Part shown: piece after piece, positions 18,769-28,964 of the stretch
Position numbering within the stretch: the stretch's first letter is position 1
How the letters are laid out: every line of letters starts with the position of its first letter
Assembly (NCBI GenBank): GCA_021790475.1
Contig: JAJYDU010000003.1
Location: forward strand, 1-42,851
Direction: 5' to 3'
Source: Planctomycetota bacterium
GTDB taxonomy: Bacteria > Planctomycetota > Phycisphaerae > WQYP01
DNA: 42,851 bases
Translations under genes and position numbers: made by a program
Notes under the pieces: model-generated
Told to the model about the DNA's origin: nothing
The model's database searches: none
Seen by the model: only the letters and a program-made list of their open reading frames with translations

Positions 18769-19851
18769 TCAGCCGGCAATGCGAGTCCCCTCCATCTCCG
18801 GGCGAATAGCGGCGCGATGAACGGCGGCGAGTCGGTCCGCGAATTTTTTTTCCTTGCGATTGATGAATCCCTTCCGATGATACGCATATCCCGCGATCAG
18901 CGGGAAAGCCAGTGTGGCTTCTGCGTAGACCATCTGCTCGAAAATTGTGTCCACCTTTCCCCAGCTGCTCGCCTCGCGCAGGGTGGAACTGGAAAGCGCG
19001 CCATCGCGCACGTCGGCGACAGTGATCTGAATGGCGTATTTGTGCATGGGAGCGTCCGCTCCGAGAATTTCCGCCGCCACAACAATGTCCTGGGCGAAAT
19101 TTTTCGGAACGCCGCCGCCAATCATCACAATCCCCGTTTCCCGGTTCATTACCTTGATCTGCGTGATTTCGCGGAAATCCTTGGCGGAATCGATGCTGAC
19201 GTGGCCGGCGGGGCGGTTGATCTGGTGGACCACCAGACCGAAGCCCGCCGAGCAATCGGAAAATGCCGGGCAGAAAATCGGAACGCCTTTTTCATGGGCG
19301 GCCAGCACGATGCTGTCGCGATTCTTGGCGTTATCCACCAGGTAACGCCCCATCTCCTGAATAAATTCCCGGCTGGAACAGGGACCGGCGGGCATGGAAT
19401 CCGCGATGAACCGTATGGTGTCGTCGCAGATGCGCAGCTCGTCTTCGTCAATGTACGTGTCGTAAATACGGTCAATATGCAGGTCGCGCAGAACGGCGTC
19501 GTCGGCATAAGACGACCCGATATAATGTCGAAAACCCAATGCTTCAAAAAAATCCTGATCCACGATGTTGGCCCCGGTGGAAACAATCACGTCCACCATG
19601 TTGTTTCGCACCAGATCGACGATCACCTTCTTAAGTCCGGCGGAAATCAGCGATCCGGCCAGCGTCAAGATCACCGCGCACGGAGTATCCCGCAACATGC
19701 GGTCGTAAATATCCGCCGCCCGGTACAGATCACGCGAAGTAAACGCCATCGACTTCATCGCTTCCACCAGGGGAACAATGCCCGGCTGGGTGACGATATC
19801 GATGTGCTCTATGGTCTGCCGCAGCAGGTCTTTACGGTTGATTGAAGCCAT
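18769..19851 (-). CDS. dhs: Deoxyhypusine synthase-like protein (probable homospermidine/polyamine synthesis)
   Basis: GSLISAGL, RIYDTY, GGGVPKNF, DGALSSST and EASSWGK (catalytic Lys). Confidence 0.92.
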   Translation of the reverse strand: MASINRKDLLRQTIEHIDIVTQPGIVPLVEAMKSMAFTSRDLYRAADIYDRMLRDTPCAVILTLAGSLISAGLKKVIVDLVRNNMVDVIVSTGANIVDQDFFEALGFRHYIGSSYADDAVLRDLHIDRIYDTYIDEDELRICDDTIRFIADSMPAGPCSSREFIQEMGRYLVDNAKNRDSIVLAAHEKGVPIFCPAFSDCSAGFGLVVHQINRPAGHVSIDSAKDFREITQIKVMNRETGIVMIGGGVPKNFAQDIVVAAEILGADAPMHKYAIQITVADVRDGALSSSTLREASSWGKVDTIFEQMVYAEATLAFPLIAGYAYHRKGFINRKEKKFADRLAAVHRAAIRPEMEGTRIAG

Positions 19852-19932
19852 GTTCGGTTCCTTTTCAGTTCGCCAATCTTTCGGATGGGCGATTCTCCAA
19901 TAAAATCATCCGCCCGGGCGGGCGGCGCGGCA

Positions 19933-20325
19933 TCAGGCTGAAAAAGCGTTGCGGTGATAGCGCACCACCGGCTTGCCGCCGGGCGGCCAGATCACCGCCG
20001 CCACGTCAAACCGCGGATTCCAATGCTCCAGCCGGCGACTGACGATGAACCAGCGGGCGGAGCGTACCAGGAATTTTCTTTTTTGCGCGCCCAAAGTCAT
20101 TTCCGGCGGGCCGGCGCTTTCATCGCGGCGCGTACGCACCTCAATGAACACCATATCCGAACCGTCCAGCGCGACCAGATCCAGCTCGCCTCCCGGACAG
20201 CGTACATTTCGTGCGAGCAGTTTCATGCCCAGTTCGCGCTGGACATGTCCCGCCACCACGCGCTCGCCCCGAACGCCCAGCGGTTGGAAACGATGGAACT
20301 TTTCCAGCCATCGCTTGTACGGCAT
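19933..20325 (-). CDS. yraN: YraN family (UPF0102) putative endonuclease
   Basis: LGVRGE, GELDLVA, FIEVRTR and RFDV motifs. Confidence 0.92.
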   Translation of the reverse strand: MPYKRWLEKFHRFQPLGVRGERVVAGHVQRELGMKLLARNVRCPGGELDLVALDGSDMVFIEVRTRRDESAGPPEMTLGAQKRKFLVRSARWFIVSRRLEHWNPRFDVAAVIWPPGGKPVVRYHRNAFSA

Positions 20326-20354
20326 CCCACGCCTCCGCTACGCCGTTTGGCGTA

Positions 20355-21380
20355 TCAGCCCGCCTTCTTGCGGGAATAATAGCCCGGTAACGGACGCCCC
20401 AGTTTTTCCCAGTGGGCGTTGACCGCATCCGCTTTGCCCGCGCTGTTGAGCATGTGCAGCTTTCGCCGCACCATGCCGAGAATCGCCTCGCGGGCGGGAC
20501 CAAGGTAATTTCGCGGATCAAACTCGGCCGGCTTGGTGGCGAACACCTCGCGGATTTTGGCGGTCATTGCCAGCCGCAAGTCGGTGTCAATGTTCACTTT
20601 GCACACGCCATATTTGCGCGCCGCCATGGCGATCTGATCTTCGGGAACTCCCCTGGCGTTGGGCATATTGCCGCCATATTTATTCACCAGGTCGATGAAT
20701 TCCTGCGGCACGCTGCTGCTGCCGTGCATCACCAGCGGCAGACCGGGACAGGTCTTCATGATCTGCTCGATGCGGTTGAACGCCAATTTGGCCTCATGTT
20801 TGAATTTGTACGCGCCGTGGCTGGTACCGATGGCCACCGCCAGGGAATCAATACCGGTTTGTTGCCAGTAGTCCGCCGCCTGTTTCGGATCGGTCAGGAA
20901 TTTCTCCACGTTTTTTTCATACTCGGCGGCATCCATGCCGACGACGTCTTCCTCAATGCCGCCCAGCATCCCCAATTCCGCCTCCACCACCACGCCGGCC
21001 GCGTGCGCTATCCGCACCACCTCTTTCGTGAGTCGCACGTTGGCGTCGTAAGGATGGTGGCTGCCGTCGATCATCACGCTGGTATAACCATCGTTGATGC
21101 AGGTTTTGATCAGATCCACCGTATCGCCGTGATCGCAGTGGATCGATATCGGCAGCTGGGGGTATTCCTCCACCGCCGCATCGATGATGTGCCGGAGATA
21201 GCGGATATTGGCGTATTTTCGGGCGCCCTTGGAAATCTGCAGGATGCACGGGCTTTTTTCCTTGGCGCAGGCTTCCACAATGGCCTGGGCCAGTTCCATG
21301 TTGTTCACATTGAATGCGCCGATGGCGAAGCCGCCGTCATAGGCCAGGTCGAACATTGGTTTGGTGGTCATCAAAGGCAT
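20355..21380 (-). CDS. fba: Class II fructose-1,6-bisphosphate aldolase
   Basis: GAFNVNNME, HCDHG, SVMIDGS, GTSHGAYKF, VMHGSS and KVNIDTD. Confidence 0.95.
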   Translation of the reverse strand: MPLMTTKPMFDLAYDGGFAIGAFNVNNMELAQAIVEACAKEKSPCILQISKGARKYANIRYLRHIIDAAVEEYPQLPISIHCDHGDTVDLIKTCINDGYTSVMIDGSHHPYDANVRLTKEVVRIAHAAGVVVEAELGMLGGIEEDVVGMDAAEYEKNVEKFLTDPKQAADYWQQTGIDSLAVAIGTSHGAYKFKHEAKLAFNRIEQIMKTCPGLPLVMHGSSSVPQEFIDLVNKYGGNMPNARGVPEDQIAMAARKYGVCKVNIDTDLRLAMTAKIREVFATKPAEFDPRNYLGPAREAILGMVRRKLHMLNSAGKADAVNAHWEKLGRPLPGYYSRKKAG

Positions 21381-21479
21381 ATACAACCCTTCCGTAAAAC
21401 AAAACAGCCGTGCCGGAACCCCGGCGTTTACCTGGCGCATTCTAGGACAAAGCCCGGAGCCTTGCCAATGATCCGGGCG

Positions 21480-22703
21480 CTACTTCGCTGTGACGTGATT
21501 GCGGCGATTCTGTGCTTCGTTCATTTCGCCGGCGGTGGGGCTTGTGCCGGTGTGCATCATCCGCACGAAGCAATCAAATAAGTAGGTGGCGTCGTGCGGT
21601 CCCGGGCTGGCTTCCGGATGATATTGCACCGCGAAAACCGGCTCGTCCCGCAGACGAAATCCTTCCAGGGTGTGGTCGTTGAGATTGATATGGGTCGGTT
21701 CGCCGCCCTGCTTGCGCAACGACTCAACATCGACGGCAAAACCGTGGTTCTGCGAGGTGATTTCGACTTTACCGGTGGAGATGTTCCGCACCGGCTGGTT
21801 ACCGCCGCGATGGCCGAATTTTAGCTTGAATGTCGACGCGCCCAGCGCCAGGCCGAGCAGTTGATGGCCCAGGCAAATGCCGAAGATGGGCTTTTGTCCA
21901 ATGAGTTCCTTGAGGGTCCGCTGCGTGTGGATGATCGGTTCGGGATCGCCCGGTCCATTGCTGACAAATACGCCGTCGGGCTTGTAATCGAGAATCTCCC
22001 GGGCCGTGGCGGCGGCGGGTACTACGCGCACGCGACAACCGCTTTGCACCAGGTTCCGCAGGATGTTGCGTTTGGCGCCGCAGTCGATGGCGACTACGTG
22101 CGGCGCCTTTTTCTCCGAAACGTCGGATCCATCCGCCTGTTGCGCCCAGCAACCCTTGTCCTGGTCCCACTGGTACGGCTGGGCGGGCGTAACCAGCTTG
22201 ACCAGGTCCAGACCGACCAGGCCTCTCCAGGTCCGGGCGCGGCGGACCAGTTCGGCGTCGTCATGGACAAGCTTCTGGTCCGTGCAGATGACGCCTTTGA
22301 GCGCTCCCTGCGTACGGAGCTTGCGCACCAGAGCGCGGGTGTCAATGCCCGCCAGCCCTGGAATATGATGGCGCCGCAGGTATTCGTGGAGCGATTCGAC
22401 GGCGCGGAAATTGCTCGCAATCGGCGAAAGTTCCTTGATAATGAAACCCTCCACCTGCGGGTGTGCGGATTCCTCATCGACCGAATCGGCGATGCCGTAG
22501 TTGCCGATCTGCGGGTAGGTCATCGTGACGATCTGGCCGCGATAGGACGGATCGGTAAGGATTTCCTGGTAACCGCAAAGCGACGTGTTGAACACCACTT
22601 CGCCGACACTCAGTTCGCCGGCGCCGAAAGCGAAGCCGGTGAACAGAGTTCCATCTTCCAGCGCCAACTTGGCCGGCGTCATTGGTTCCTGCGGCATGGG
22701 CAT
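21480..22703 (-). CDS. carA: Carbamoyl-phosphate synthase small subunit
   Basis: LEDG, GEVVFNT, TDPSY, SNGPGDP, GICLGHQ and QYHPEASPGPHD. Confidence 0.97.
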   Translation of the reverse strand: MPMPQEPMTPAKLALEDGTLFTGFAFGAGELSVGEVVFNTSLCGYQEILTDPSYRGQIVTMTYPQIGNYGIADSVDEESAHPQVEGFIIKELSPIASNFRAVESLHEYLRRHHIPGLAGIDTRALVRKLRTQGALKGVICTDQKLVHDDAELVRRARTWRGLVGLDLVKLVTPAQPYQWDQDKGCWAQQADGSDVSEKKAPHVVAIDCGAKRNILRNLVQSGCRVRVVPAAATAREILDYKPDGVFVSNGPGDPEPIIHTQRTLKELIGQKPIFGICLGHQLLGLALGASTFKLKFGHRGGNQPVRNISTGKVEITSQNHGFAVDVESLRKQGGEPTHINLNDHTLEGFRLRDEPVFAVQYHPEASPGPHDATYLFDCFVRMMHTGTSPTAGEMNEAQNRRNHVTAK

Positions 22704-22857
22704 TCCCGGAAAACAAGCTGATGTTCACAATAACCGGTGTGATTATAGCCGCCGCACGGCACAAGACAATGAACCATGCGGGAGAAAATGTCCATCCAGG
22801 CGTAACTTGCCGCGTGCAACCTGAATAATACCGTCGGACGTCGAAACCAGATGGATG

Positions 22858-22993
22858 GGGTGTGGCCGTTTTTATTTGGCAACAAGGCAAAAACCGGCTT
22901 AATTAATACAGTGTTCACCTCTATGAAGAGAAGTCCTTTTTTTGGCTAACGAGGCGGCTGGGGCCAGCTTTGCCAATAAATATGGCCACACCC
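22858..22993. mobile_element. 136-bp MITE with imperfect 24-25 bp TIRs and an 8-bp target site duplication
   Basis: Left end GGGTGTGGCCGTTTTTATTTGGCAA, right end (reverse complement) GGGTGTGGCCATATTTATTGGCAA, flanked by direct GATGGATG at 22850-22857 and 22994-23001. Confidence 0.88.
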
Positions 22994-23203
22994 GATGGAT
23001 GCCGATCACCTGAAAACTGCTTCCACCACCGGTCCCGGCAGGTAGACTTTGACACGAAAGCACAACAGGCGGGGGAGTTCGCATATTTACGCGGATTTAG
23101 ATAGGTTATTGTGAAAGTCGAAAGGCGTTACGCTCGCCGTGTGCTTTCGCCCGCGGCGCGGTCGCGTGGTAGCTCATGGTGTTTGCCGATAGAATGGCCG
23201 GAC

Positions 23204-24658
23204 ATGAAGACCATCGGTTTCCAGAAGTGCATCAATCCCGCCTGCGGCGCCACCTTCGATGTCAGCCAGACGCTTACCGCGTGCCGGCAATGCGGAGAAC
23301 TGCTGGATATCCGCTACGATTGGGACCGGGCGCGGTTACCTGCGTCGTTGCGGATGTTCCAGGAGCGCTGGCAAAATCGGCGGTTTCCACTGGATTATTC
23401 AGGCGTGTGGCGGTTTCGCGAGTTGCTGCCCTTCGCCGTCGACGCCATGGTCTGCACAATCGGCGAAGGGCAGACGTTTTTACAGAACGCTCTCTGCCTG
23501 GGACGCCAGATCGGCGTATGGCCGGGACAATTATGGCTCCAATACGAGGGAATGAATCCTTCGGGCAGTTTCAAGGACAACGGCATGACCGCGGCGTTCA
23601 CGCACGCGCGGCTGGTCGGCGCGCGGCGGGTGTCCTGTGCCAGCACGGGAAATACATCGGCTTCGCTGGCGCTTTACGCGGCCATGAACGGCTTCCAGGG
23701 AATTGTGTTTATCGGATCGGGAAAAATAGCCTTCGGCAAGCTTTCCCAGGCGCTGGACTACGGCGCCCGTACGCTGCAGATCGAAGGCGATTTCGATACC
23801 TGCCTGGCGCGGGTGCGGCAGGTGAGCGGGCAAATCGGGTTATACCTGATGAACAGCGTCAACCCGTTTCGGCTCGAGGGCCAGAAGACGATCATGTACC
23901 GCGTTCTGGAATCGCTTAATTGGGAGCCGCCGGATTGGATTATTGTTCCGGGAGGAAATCTGGGAAATTGTTCCGCGTTCGGCAAAGCGTTCGCCGAGTT
24001 GTTGGAACTGGGATTGATCAAGCGAATTCCGCGTTTAGCGGTGATTAACGCGCAGGGGGCCGACACGCTCTATCAGCTTGTACGTCAGGGTGTGGCCTGG
24101 AACGACGGAAAGGTGGACGACGCGGCGATCCAGGCGTTTTATGCGCGGCAGGATAAGGAAAACATTCATCCGCATACGGTGGCTTCGGCGATTGAAATCG
24201 GAAGACCGGTAAACTTAAAAAAAGCCCTGCGTACGCTGGCCTGGACCCATGGCGTGGTCATCGCGGTTTCCGATCAGGAAATACTCGAAGCCAAGGCGCT
24301 GATCGGCCGGCACGGTTTCGGCTGCGAACCTGCCAGCGCGGCGACGGTGGCGGGATTGCGGCATCTGCTGGAAAAGCAGGTCATTTCGCGGCACGAGCGG
24401 GTGGCGTGTATATTGACCGGCCACGGGTTAAAGGATCCGGATGCGACGGTGTATTACCACACGGGTATCCAAACCAAGCAGGCCAAAACTCCTCCGCCGG
24501 AACCAACCTGGGGGCGGAAAGCCAACCAGCCGGTAAAGGTATCGGATGACTTGCCGGAGATCGTGGCGGCGCTGGGACTCGAAGGCGATACGCTGGAAAA
24601 GAGCCGCCAGACCGGTTACGTGGAAACCAACCTTGATCTGCCGTTTGTGGAGTATTGA
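23204..24658 (+). CDS. thrC: Threonine synthase with N-terminal Zn-ribbon
   Basis: NPSGSFKD (PLP Lys), CASTGNTSAS, VPGGNLGN, EPASAA and LTGHGLKD. N-terminal CxxxxC...CxxC. Confidence 0.95.
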   Translation: MKTIGFQKCINPACGATFDVSQTLTACRQCGELLDIRYDWDRARLPASLRMFQERWQNRRFPLDYSGVWRFRELLPFAVDAMVCTIGEGQTFLQNALCLGRQIGVWPGQLWLQYEGMNPSGSFKDNGMTAAFTHARLVGARRVSCASTGNTSASLALYAAMNGFQGIVFIGSGKIAFGKLSQALDYGARTLQIEGDFDTCLARVRQVSGQIGLYLMNSVNPFRLEGQKTIMYRVLESLNWEPPDWIIVPGGNLGNCSAFGKAFAELLELGLIKRIPRLAVINAQGADTLYQLVRQGVAWNDGKVDDAAIQAFYARQDKENIHPHTVASAIEIGRPVNLKKALRTLAWTHGVVIAVSDQEILEAKALIGRHGFGCEPASAATVAGLRHLLEKQVISRHERVACILTGHGLKDPDATVYYHTGIQTKQAKTPPPEPTWGRKANQPVKVSDDLPEIVAALGLEGDTLEKSRQTGYVETNLDLPFVEY

Positions 24659-24660
24659 TA

Positions 24661-25824
24661 ATGTCCCGGCCGCGGCATAATGAAAGTACAGTCGCCCAGC
24701 TGGCGGCGCATGTCGGCGGGCGGGTAATCGGCGACGGCAATCGAAGGATTGTACGATGCAATGGCCTGGTTTCGGCGGGACCGGAGGATATCAGTTTTCT
24801 TGCCAACGCCAAATATGCCAGGCATCTGGCCACGACCGGCGCCGGCTGCGTGGTGCTGGGAAAAGATACTGATCCGGCCCAGATTGAACGCGGGAATCGG
24901 CCGCCTCTGACGGTCATTCAGACTGACGATCCCTATTATGGGTTCCGGCAGATCGTGGTGTTGCTGCATGGATTCCGGCCGCACCCGGCGGTGGGCGTTT
25001 CGCCCCTGGCGGCGATCGCCCCGTCGGCGAAACTTGGCGCGGATGTGCAGGTTCATCCATTCGTAAGCATCGGTAAAGATGTTCTGATCGGCGCCCGCTG
25101 CATACTTTATCCGCACGTAACGGTTATGGACGGATGCCGGATCGGCGATGATTGCATTCTGTATCCTGCGGTAACGGTATACGACCAGTGCGTGCTGGGC
25201 GCGCGGGTTGTCTTGCATGCCGGAACCGTGGTGGGGGGCGACGGTTACGGTTTTGCTACGCATCAGGGAGTGCATCACAAGATTCCTCAGATCGGCAATG
25301 TGGTGGTGGAGGATGACGTGGAAATCGGCGCCAACACGGTGCTCGAGCGGGCGGCGATGGAAAGCACCATCATTGGCCGGGGAACCAAGTTGGGCAACTC
25401 GGTGGTGATCGGGCACAACTGCCGGATCGGCGAGCATAATCTGCTGGTAAGCCAGGTGGGAATCGCCGGCAGCACCACCACCGGTCGCCACGTGGTGATG
25501 GCGGGCCAGGCGGGCGTGGCGGGACATTTGAATATCGGCGAGATGGTTCGAGTGGCGGCGCAATCGGGCGTTATAGCGGACGTGCCGGCGGGGCGGGACA
25601 TCGGCGGCAGCCCCTCCCTGGAGATGAGGCAGGCGCGCAAGGTTTATCTGCAGTTCGTGCAGTTGCCGGAATTGGCCAGGCGGGTTCAACAACTCGAAAA
25701 CGCCCTGAAAAAGCTCCAGGCCCAAGGAGAAGACGGTCCCGCCGGTGCGGACGGCAATCCCGCCGCGGGGCACGGGACAGGTCCTGGAAAATCGGGACAA
25801 ATTCCTGGCGGCGCCGGAACTTAG
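24661..25824 (+). CDS. lpxD: UDP-3-O-(3-hydroxyacyl)glucosamine N-acyltransferase
   Basis: ISFLANAKY, hexapeptide repeats, GGDGYGF, KIPQIGNV and IGHNCRIG. Confidence 0.95.
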   Translation: MSRPRHNESTVAQLAAHVGGRVIGDGNRRIVRCNGLVSAGPEDISFLANAKYARHLATTGAGCVVLGKDTDPAQIERGNRPPLTVIQTDDPYYGFRQIVVLLHGFRPHPAVGVSPLAAIAPSAKLGADVQVHPFVSIGKDVLIGARCILYPHVTVMDGCRIGDDCILYPAVTVYDQCVLGARVVLHAGTVVGGDGYGFATHQGVHHKIPQIGNVVVEDDVEIGANTVLERAAMESTIIGRGTKLGNSVVIGHNCRIGEHNLLVSQVGIAGSTTTGRHVVMAGQAGVAGHLNIGEMVRVAAQSGVIADVPAGRDIGGSPSLEMRQARKVYLQFVQLPELARRVQQLENALKKLQAQGEDGPAGADGNPAAGHGTGPGKSGQIPGGAGT

Positions 25825-26096
25825 CCCGGCTTTTTCCGATGATGTGGAGGAAAACCGTGCGAAATGTGATTTTTCCCGGTAATAATTGATTGATTGTGGT
25901 GTTTGGCGACACCCCGCAGAGGCGAGCCGGCGGGGTTATCCCGCCGGAATTTCCACGGGATACACCCCGCGTCTCGCCGCTGGCTGGCGCATTCCGCGGA
26001 CGGATTGCGTGCTCTTTCAATCAATCGGCAAAAGTCGGGCTTGGCCGGCACATTTTATGTGCCCCGCATCGAACCGGAACGAACGGAAAATGTAGC

Positions 26097-27185
26097 ATGG
26101 CATGGGTCCGAGACAATATCGCCGCGATGAAAGGTTACGTACCCGGCGAACAACCTTCGGATGCCGGCATCATCAAGCTCAATACGAACGAAAATCCGTA
26201 TCCGCCTTCGCCGCGGGTGATGGAGGCGATCCGGGCGGTCACGCCGGATCGCTTGCGGCGTTATCCGGATCCGGATGCGAATGTATTCCGGCAAGCGGCG
26301 GCGAAAGTGCACGGCATTTCCCCGGAAATGATCATGGCCACCAATGGCGGCGATGAGCTGCTGGCACTGCTGTTTCGCGCCTGTGTCGGGGAAGGCGACC
26401 GGGTGGCTTTCCTGAATCCGGCTTATTCGCTTTACCCGGTGCTCAGTGCGATGCAGGCGGCGCGGCCGGTGGCTCTGCCGTATGAAATCAACGGCGGCGA
26501 TTGGCGCCTGCCGGAGGATATTTTCAAACTCAACGCCAAACTGCTGTTGATCGTGAACCCCAATGCGCCGTCGGGAACGCTCATTGACCGGGACATGCTC
26601 GCCCGCGTCATCGGCGGTTTTCCCGGCGCGGTGCTCATTGATGAAGCCTACGTCGATTTCGCGCCGACCAGCGCGCTGGAACTGGTCGGGCAATTTGCGA
26701 ACCTGATCCTGCTGCGTTCCCTGTCCAAAGGTTATTCATTGGCGGGGATGCGTTTCGGTTATGGAATTGCCCGGGAAAGTTTCCTGCGCGAGTTGTATAA
26801 AGTGCGCGACAGCTACCCCTGCGACGCGGTGGCGATTGCGGCGGCAAGGGCGGCCATCGAAGACCAGGCTTATGCCAGAGGTACATGGGAAAAAGTGCTT
26901 CAGGAACGCCGGTGTGTGACGGAGCAGCTTCGAAATATGGGCTTTGTGGTTCCCCGGAGCCACGCCAATTTTGTGCTGGCGCAAACGCCGGCGGGAAGCG
27001 ATGCCGAGCGGTTGTACCAGCGGCTCAAGGATAGAAATATCCTGGTGCGATATTTCCCTCAGCCGCGGTTGGCGGATAAACTCCGCATCACCATCGGTAC
27101 GCCTGTGCAGAACGGAGCGCTGCTGGAGGCGATCGGGGAACTGGCGAAGGAAATGCTCTTCCGCCCGCATAAGGATTCCGCCTGA
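26097..27185 (+). CDS. hisC: Histidinol-phosphate aminotransferase
   Basis: YVPGEQP, KLNTNENPYPPS, NPNAPSG, DEAYVDF and RSLSKGYSLAGMRFG. Confidence 0.96.
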   Translation: MAWVRDNIAAMKGYVPGEQPSDAGIIKLNTNENPYPPSPRVMEAIRAVTPDRLRRYPDPDANVFRQAAAKVHGISPEMIMATNGGDELLALLFRACVGEGDRVAFLNPAYSLYPVLSAMQAARPVALPYEINGGDWRLPEDIFKLNAKLLLIVNPNAPSGTLIDRDMLARVIGGFPGAVLIDEAYVDFAPTSALELVGQFANLILLRSLSKGYSLAGMRFGYGIARESFLRELYKVRDSYPCDAVAIAAARAAIEDQAYARGTWEKVLQERRCVTEQLRNMGFVVPRSHANFVLAQTPAGSDAERLYQRLKDRNILVRYFPQPRLADKLRITIGTPVQNGALLEAIGELAKEMLFRPHKDSA

Positions 27186-27259
27186 CGTTGCTGTTGACGC
27201 GCCGCGCTCTTCCGACCGTGTCCAAACCGGAGCGCCCGCACCGCTATGGAGAATTATTG

Positions 27260-27868
27260 ATGAATACGCCATCCACCGGCAAGCCGCGCCAGTCCATGCT
27301 GCAGCGCAAAACTCGTGAAACGGACATCACGCTCTCCTTGAATCTGGATGGGACGGGACAAGCCCAGGCCGACACGGGCGTCGGCTTTTTCGATCACATG
27401 CTGGATCACCTGGCGCGCCACGGCCTTTTTGACGTGAATGTGCGGGCCAGAGGCGATCTGCACGTCGATTCCCACCATACGGTGGAGGATGTGGCGCTGA
27501 CGCTCGGGGCGTCCATTCGCCAGGCGATAGGCGAAAAACGCGGCATTTCCCGTTACGGCTGGGCCGCCGTGCCGATGGAAGACGCCCTGGCCAATGTGGC
27601 GCTGGACCTTTCCGGCCGGCCGGCATTCGTATTCAACGTGCGTTTTCCCACGCCGAAAATCGGCGAGTTTGACGTGGAACTGGTGGGCGAGGCGCTGCGG
27701 TCGCTGGCCAACGGAGCCGGCATGAACCTGCATATAAACGTGCCGTACGGAACCAACAGCCATCACATCGCCGAGGCGATTTTCAAGGCTCTGGCCAGGG
27801 CCCTGCGGCAGGCGGTGACGCTGGACCCGCGCTGTGGCGACATTCCCAGCACCAAGGGAGTGCTCTGA
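27260..27868 (+). CDS. hisB: Imidazoleglycerol-phosphate dehydratase
   Basis: RKTRETDI, DSHHTVED, NSHHIAEAIFKA and PSTKGVL. Confidence 0.97.
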   Translation: MNTPSTGKPRQSMLQRKTRETDITLSLNLDGTGQAQADTGVGFFDHMLDHLARHGLFDVNVRARGDLHVDSHHTVEDVALTLGASIRQAIGEKRGISRYGWAAVPMEDALANVALDLSGRPAFVFNVRFPTPKIGEFDVELVGEALRSLANGAGMNLHINVPYGTNSHHIAEAIFKALARALRQAVTLDPRCGDIPSTKGVL

Positions 27869-28016
27869 CGGCCGGTCCTTTCCTTGGTCCGCCGGTGGGC
27901 AGGCGAAGCCATAGTTGCGCGGCGGGTCATGCCGCGAATCAAATCCACGATTGTACCGGAACTTGCCAGGCGCTATCATACCGCCGTGAACAGGGCGTAT
28001 GAATAAAAGAGATGAC

Positions 28017-28931
28017 ATGAACGTACTTCTGGAATCCCACATACCCGGTCTGCCGGTGCGCCGCGGGAAAGTCCGCGATGTGTATGACCTGGGCGAAACG
28101 CTCTTGATTGTCGCCAGCGATCGCATCAGCGCGTTTGACGTGATTCTTCCGACCCCCATCCCTGACAAAGGCGCCATTCTCACGGCCTTGAGCAACCATT
28201 GGTTCAACTATTTTAACCGCCAGATTCGCCACCATCTGCTGGCGAGCCGGATCGACGAATTCCCGCCGGAACTCCGGGCTTTTTCCGAACAGCTTGCGGG
28301 TCGGGCCGTACTGGTTCGAAAAACGCAAGTGATTCCGGTGGAATGTGTCGTTCGCGGCTACCTGGCGGGAGGGGGATGGAAAGAGTATAAAAAAACAGGA
28401 GCGGTCAGCGGTGTTCGCCTGCCGGCGGGACTGCGACTTTCCGAAAAGTTGCCCCACCCGATCTTCACTCCCACCACCAAGGCCCAGGTGGGGCATGATC
28501 AGAGTATCACTTTCGAGGGGGCTGGCGCCATGGTGGGCGAAGATCGGATTCGCACGGTCCGCGACCGATCTCTGGAACTCTACGCGAAGGCGGCCGCGGC
28601 GGCATGGGAGCGGGGCATCATCATCGCCGATACCAAGTTTGAATGGGGCGTGTCCAATGGCTCGGATGAGCCGATTCTGGTGGATGAAGTGCTCACCCCG
28701 GACAGCTCGCGTTTTTGGCCCCGGGATCAATACCAGGCGGGCCGGGAGCAGCCCAGCTTCGACAAGCAATACGTTCGCGACTATCTGGAAACATTCAACT
28801 GGAACAAGCAGCCGCCGGGACCGGAATTACCGCCGGCGATTGTGGAAAATACCCGTCGTCGATACGTGGAGGCATACCAGCGGCTGACGGGAAAGGCGTT
28901 TGCAACGGCTTCTATTGAGAACAAGACGTGA
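28017..28931 (+). CDS. purC: Phosphoribosylaminoimidazole-succinocarboxamide synthase
   Basis: GKVRDVY, SDRISAFD, ECVVRGY, ADTKFEWG, DEVLTPDSSRFW and DKQYVRD. Confidence 0.97.
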   Translation: MNVLLESHIPGLPVRRGKVRDVYDLGETLLIVASDRISAFDVILPTPIPDKGAILTALSNHWFNYFNRQIRHHLLASRIDEFPPELRAFSEQLAGRAVLVRKTQVIPVECVVRGYLAGGGWKEYKKTGAVSGVRLPAGLRLSEKLPHPIFTPTTKAQVGHDQSITFEGAGAMVGEDRIRTVRDRSLELYAKAAAAAWERGIIIADTKFEWGVSNGSDEPILVDEVLTPDSSRFWPRDQYQAGREQPSFDKQYVRDYLETFNWNKQPPGPELPPAIVENTRRRYVEAYQRLTGKAFATASIENKT

Positions 28932-28964
28932 GTTCAGGGACAACCACCATACCGGGAAAGAAAT

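Noticed and set aside
20412-22721. Long antisense ORFs over fba and carA (and similar ones elsewhere, e.g. 18706-19845, 24616-25800, 33577-34701)
   Set aside because: These are shadow frames expected in high-GC coding DNA, and the opposite strand carries clear conserved enzymes.
25821-26051. His-rich small ORF upstream of hisC as a his attenuator leader
   Set aside because: It is on the strand opposite hisC, so it cannot act as a leader peptide.
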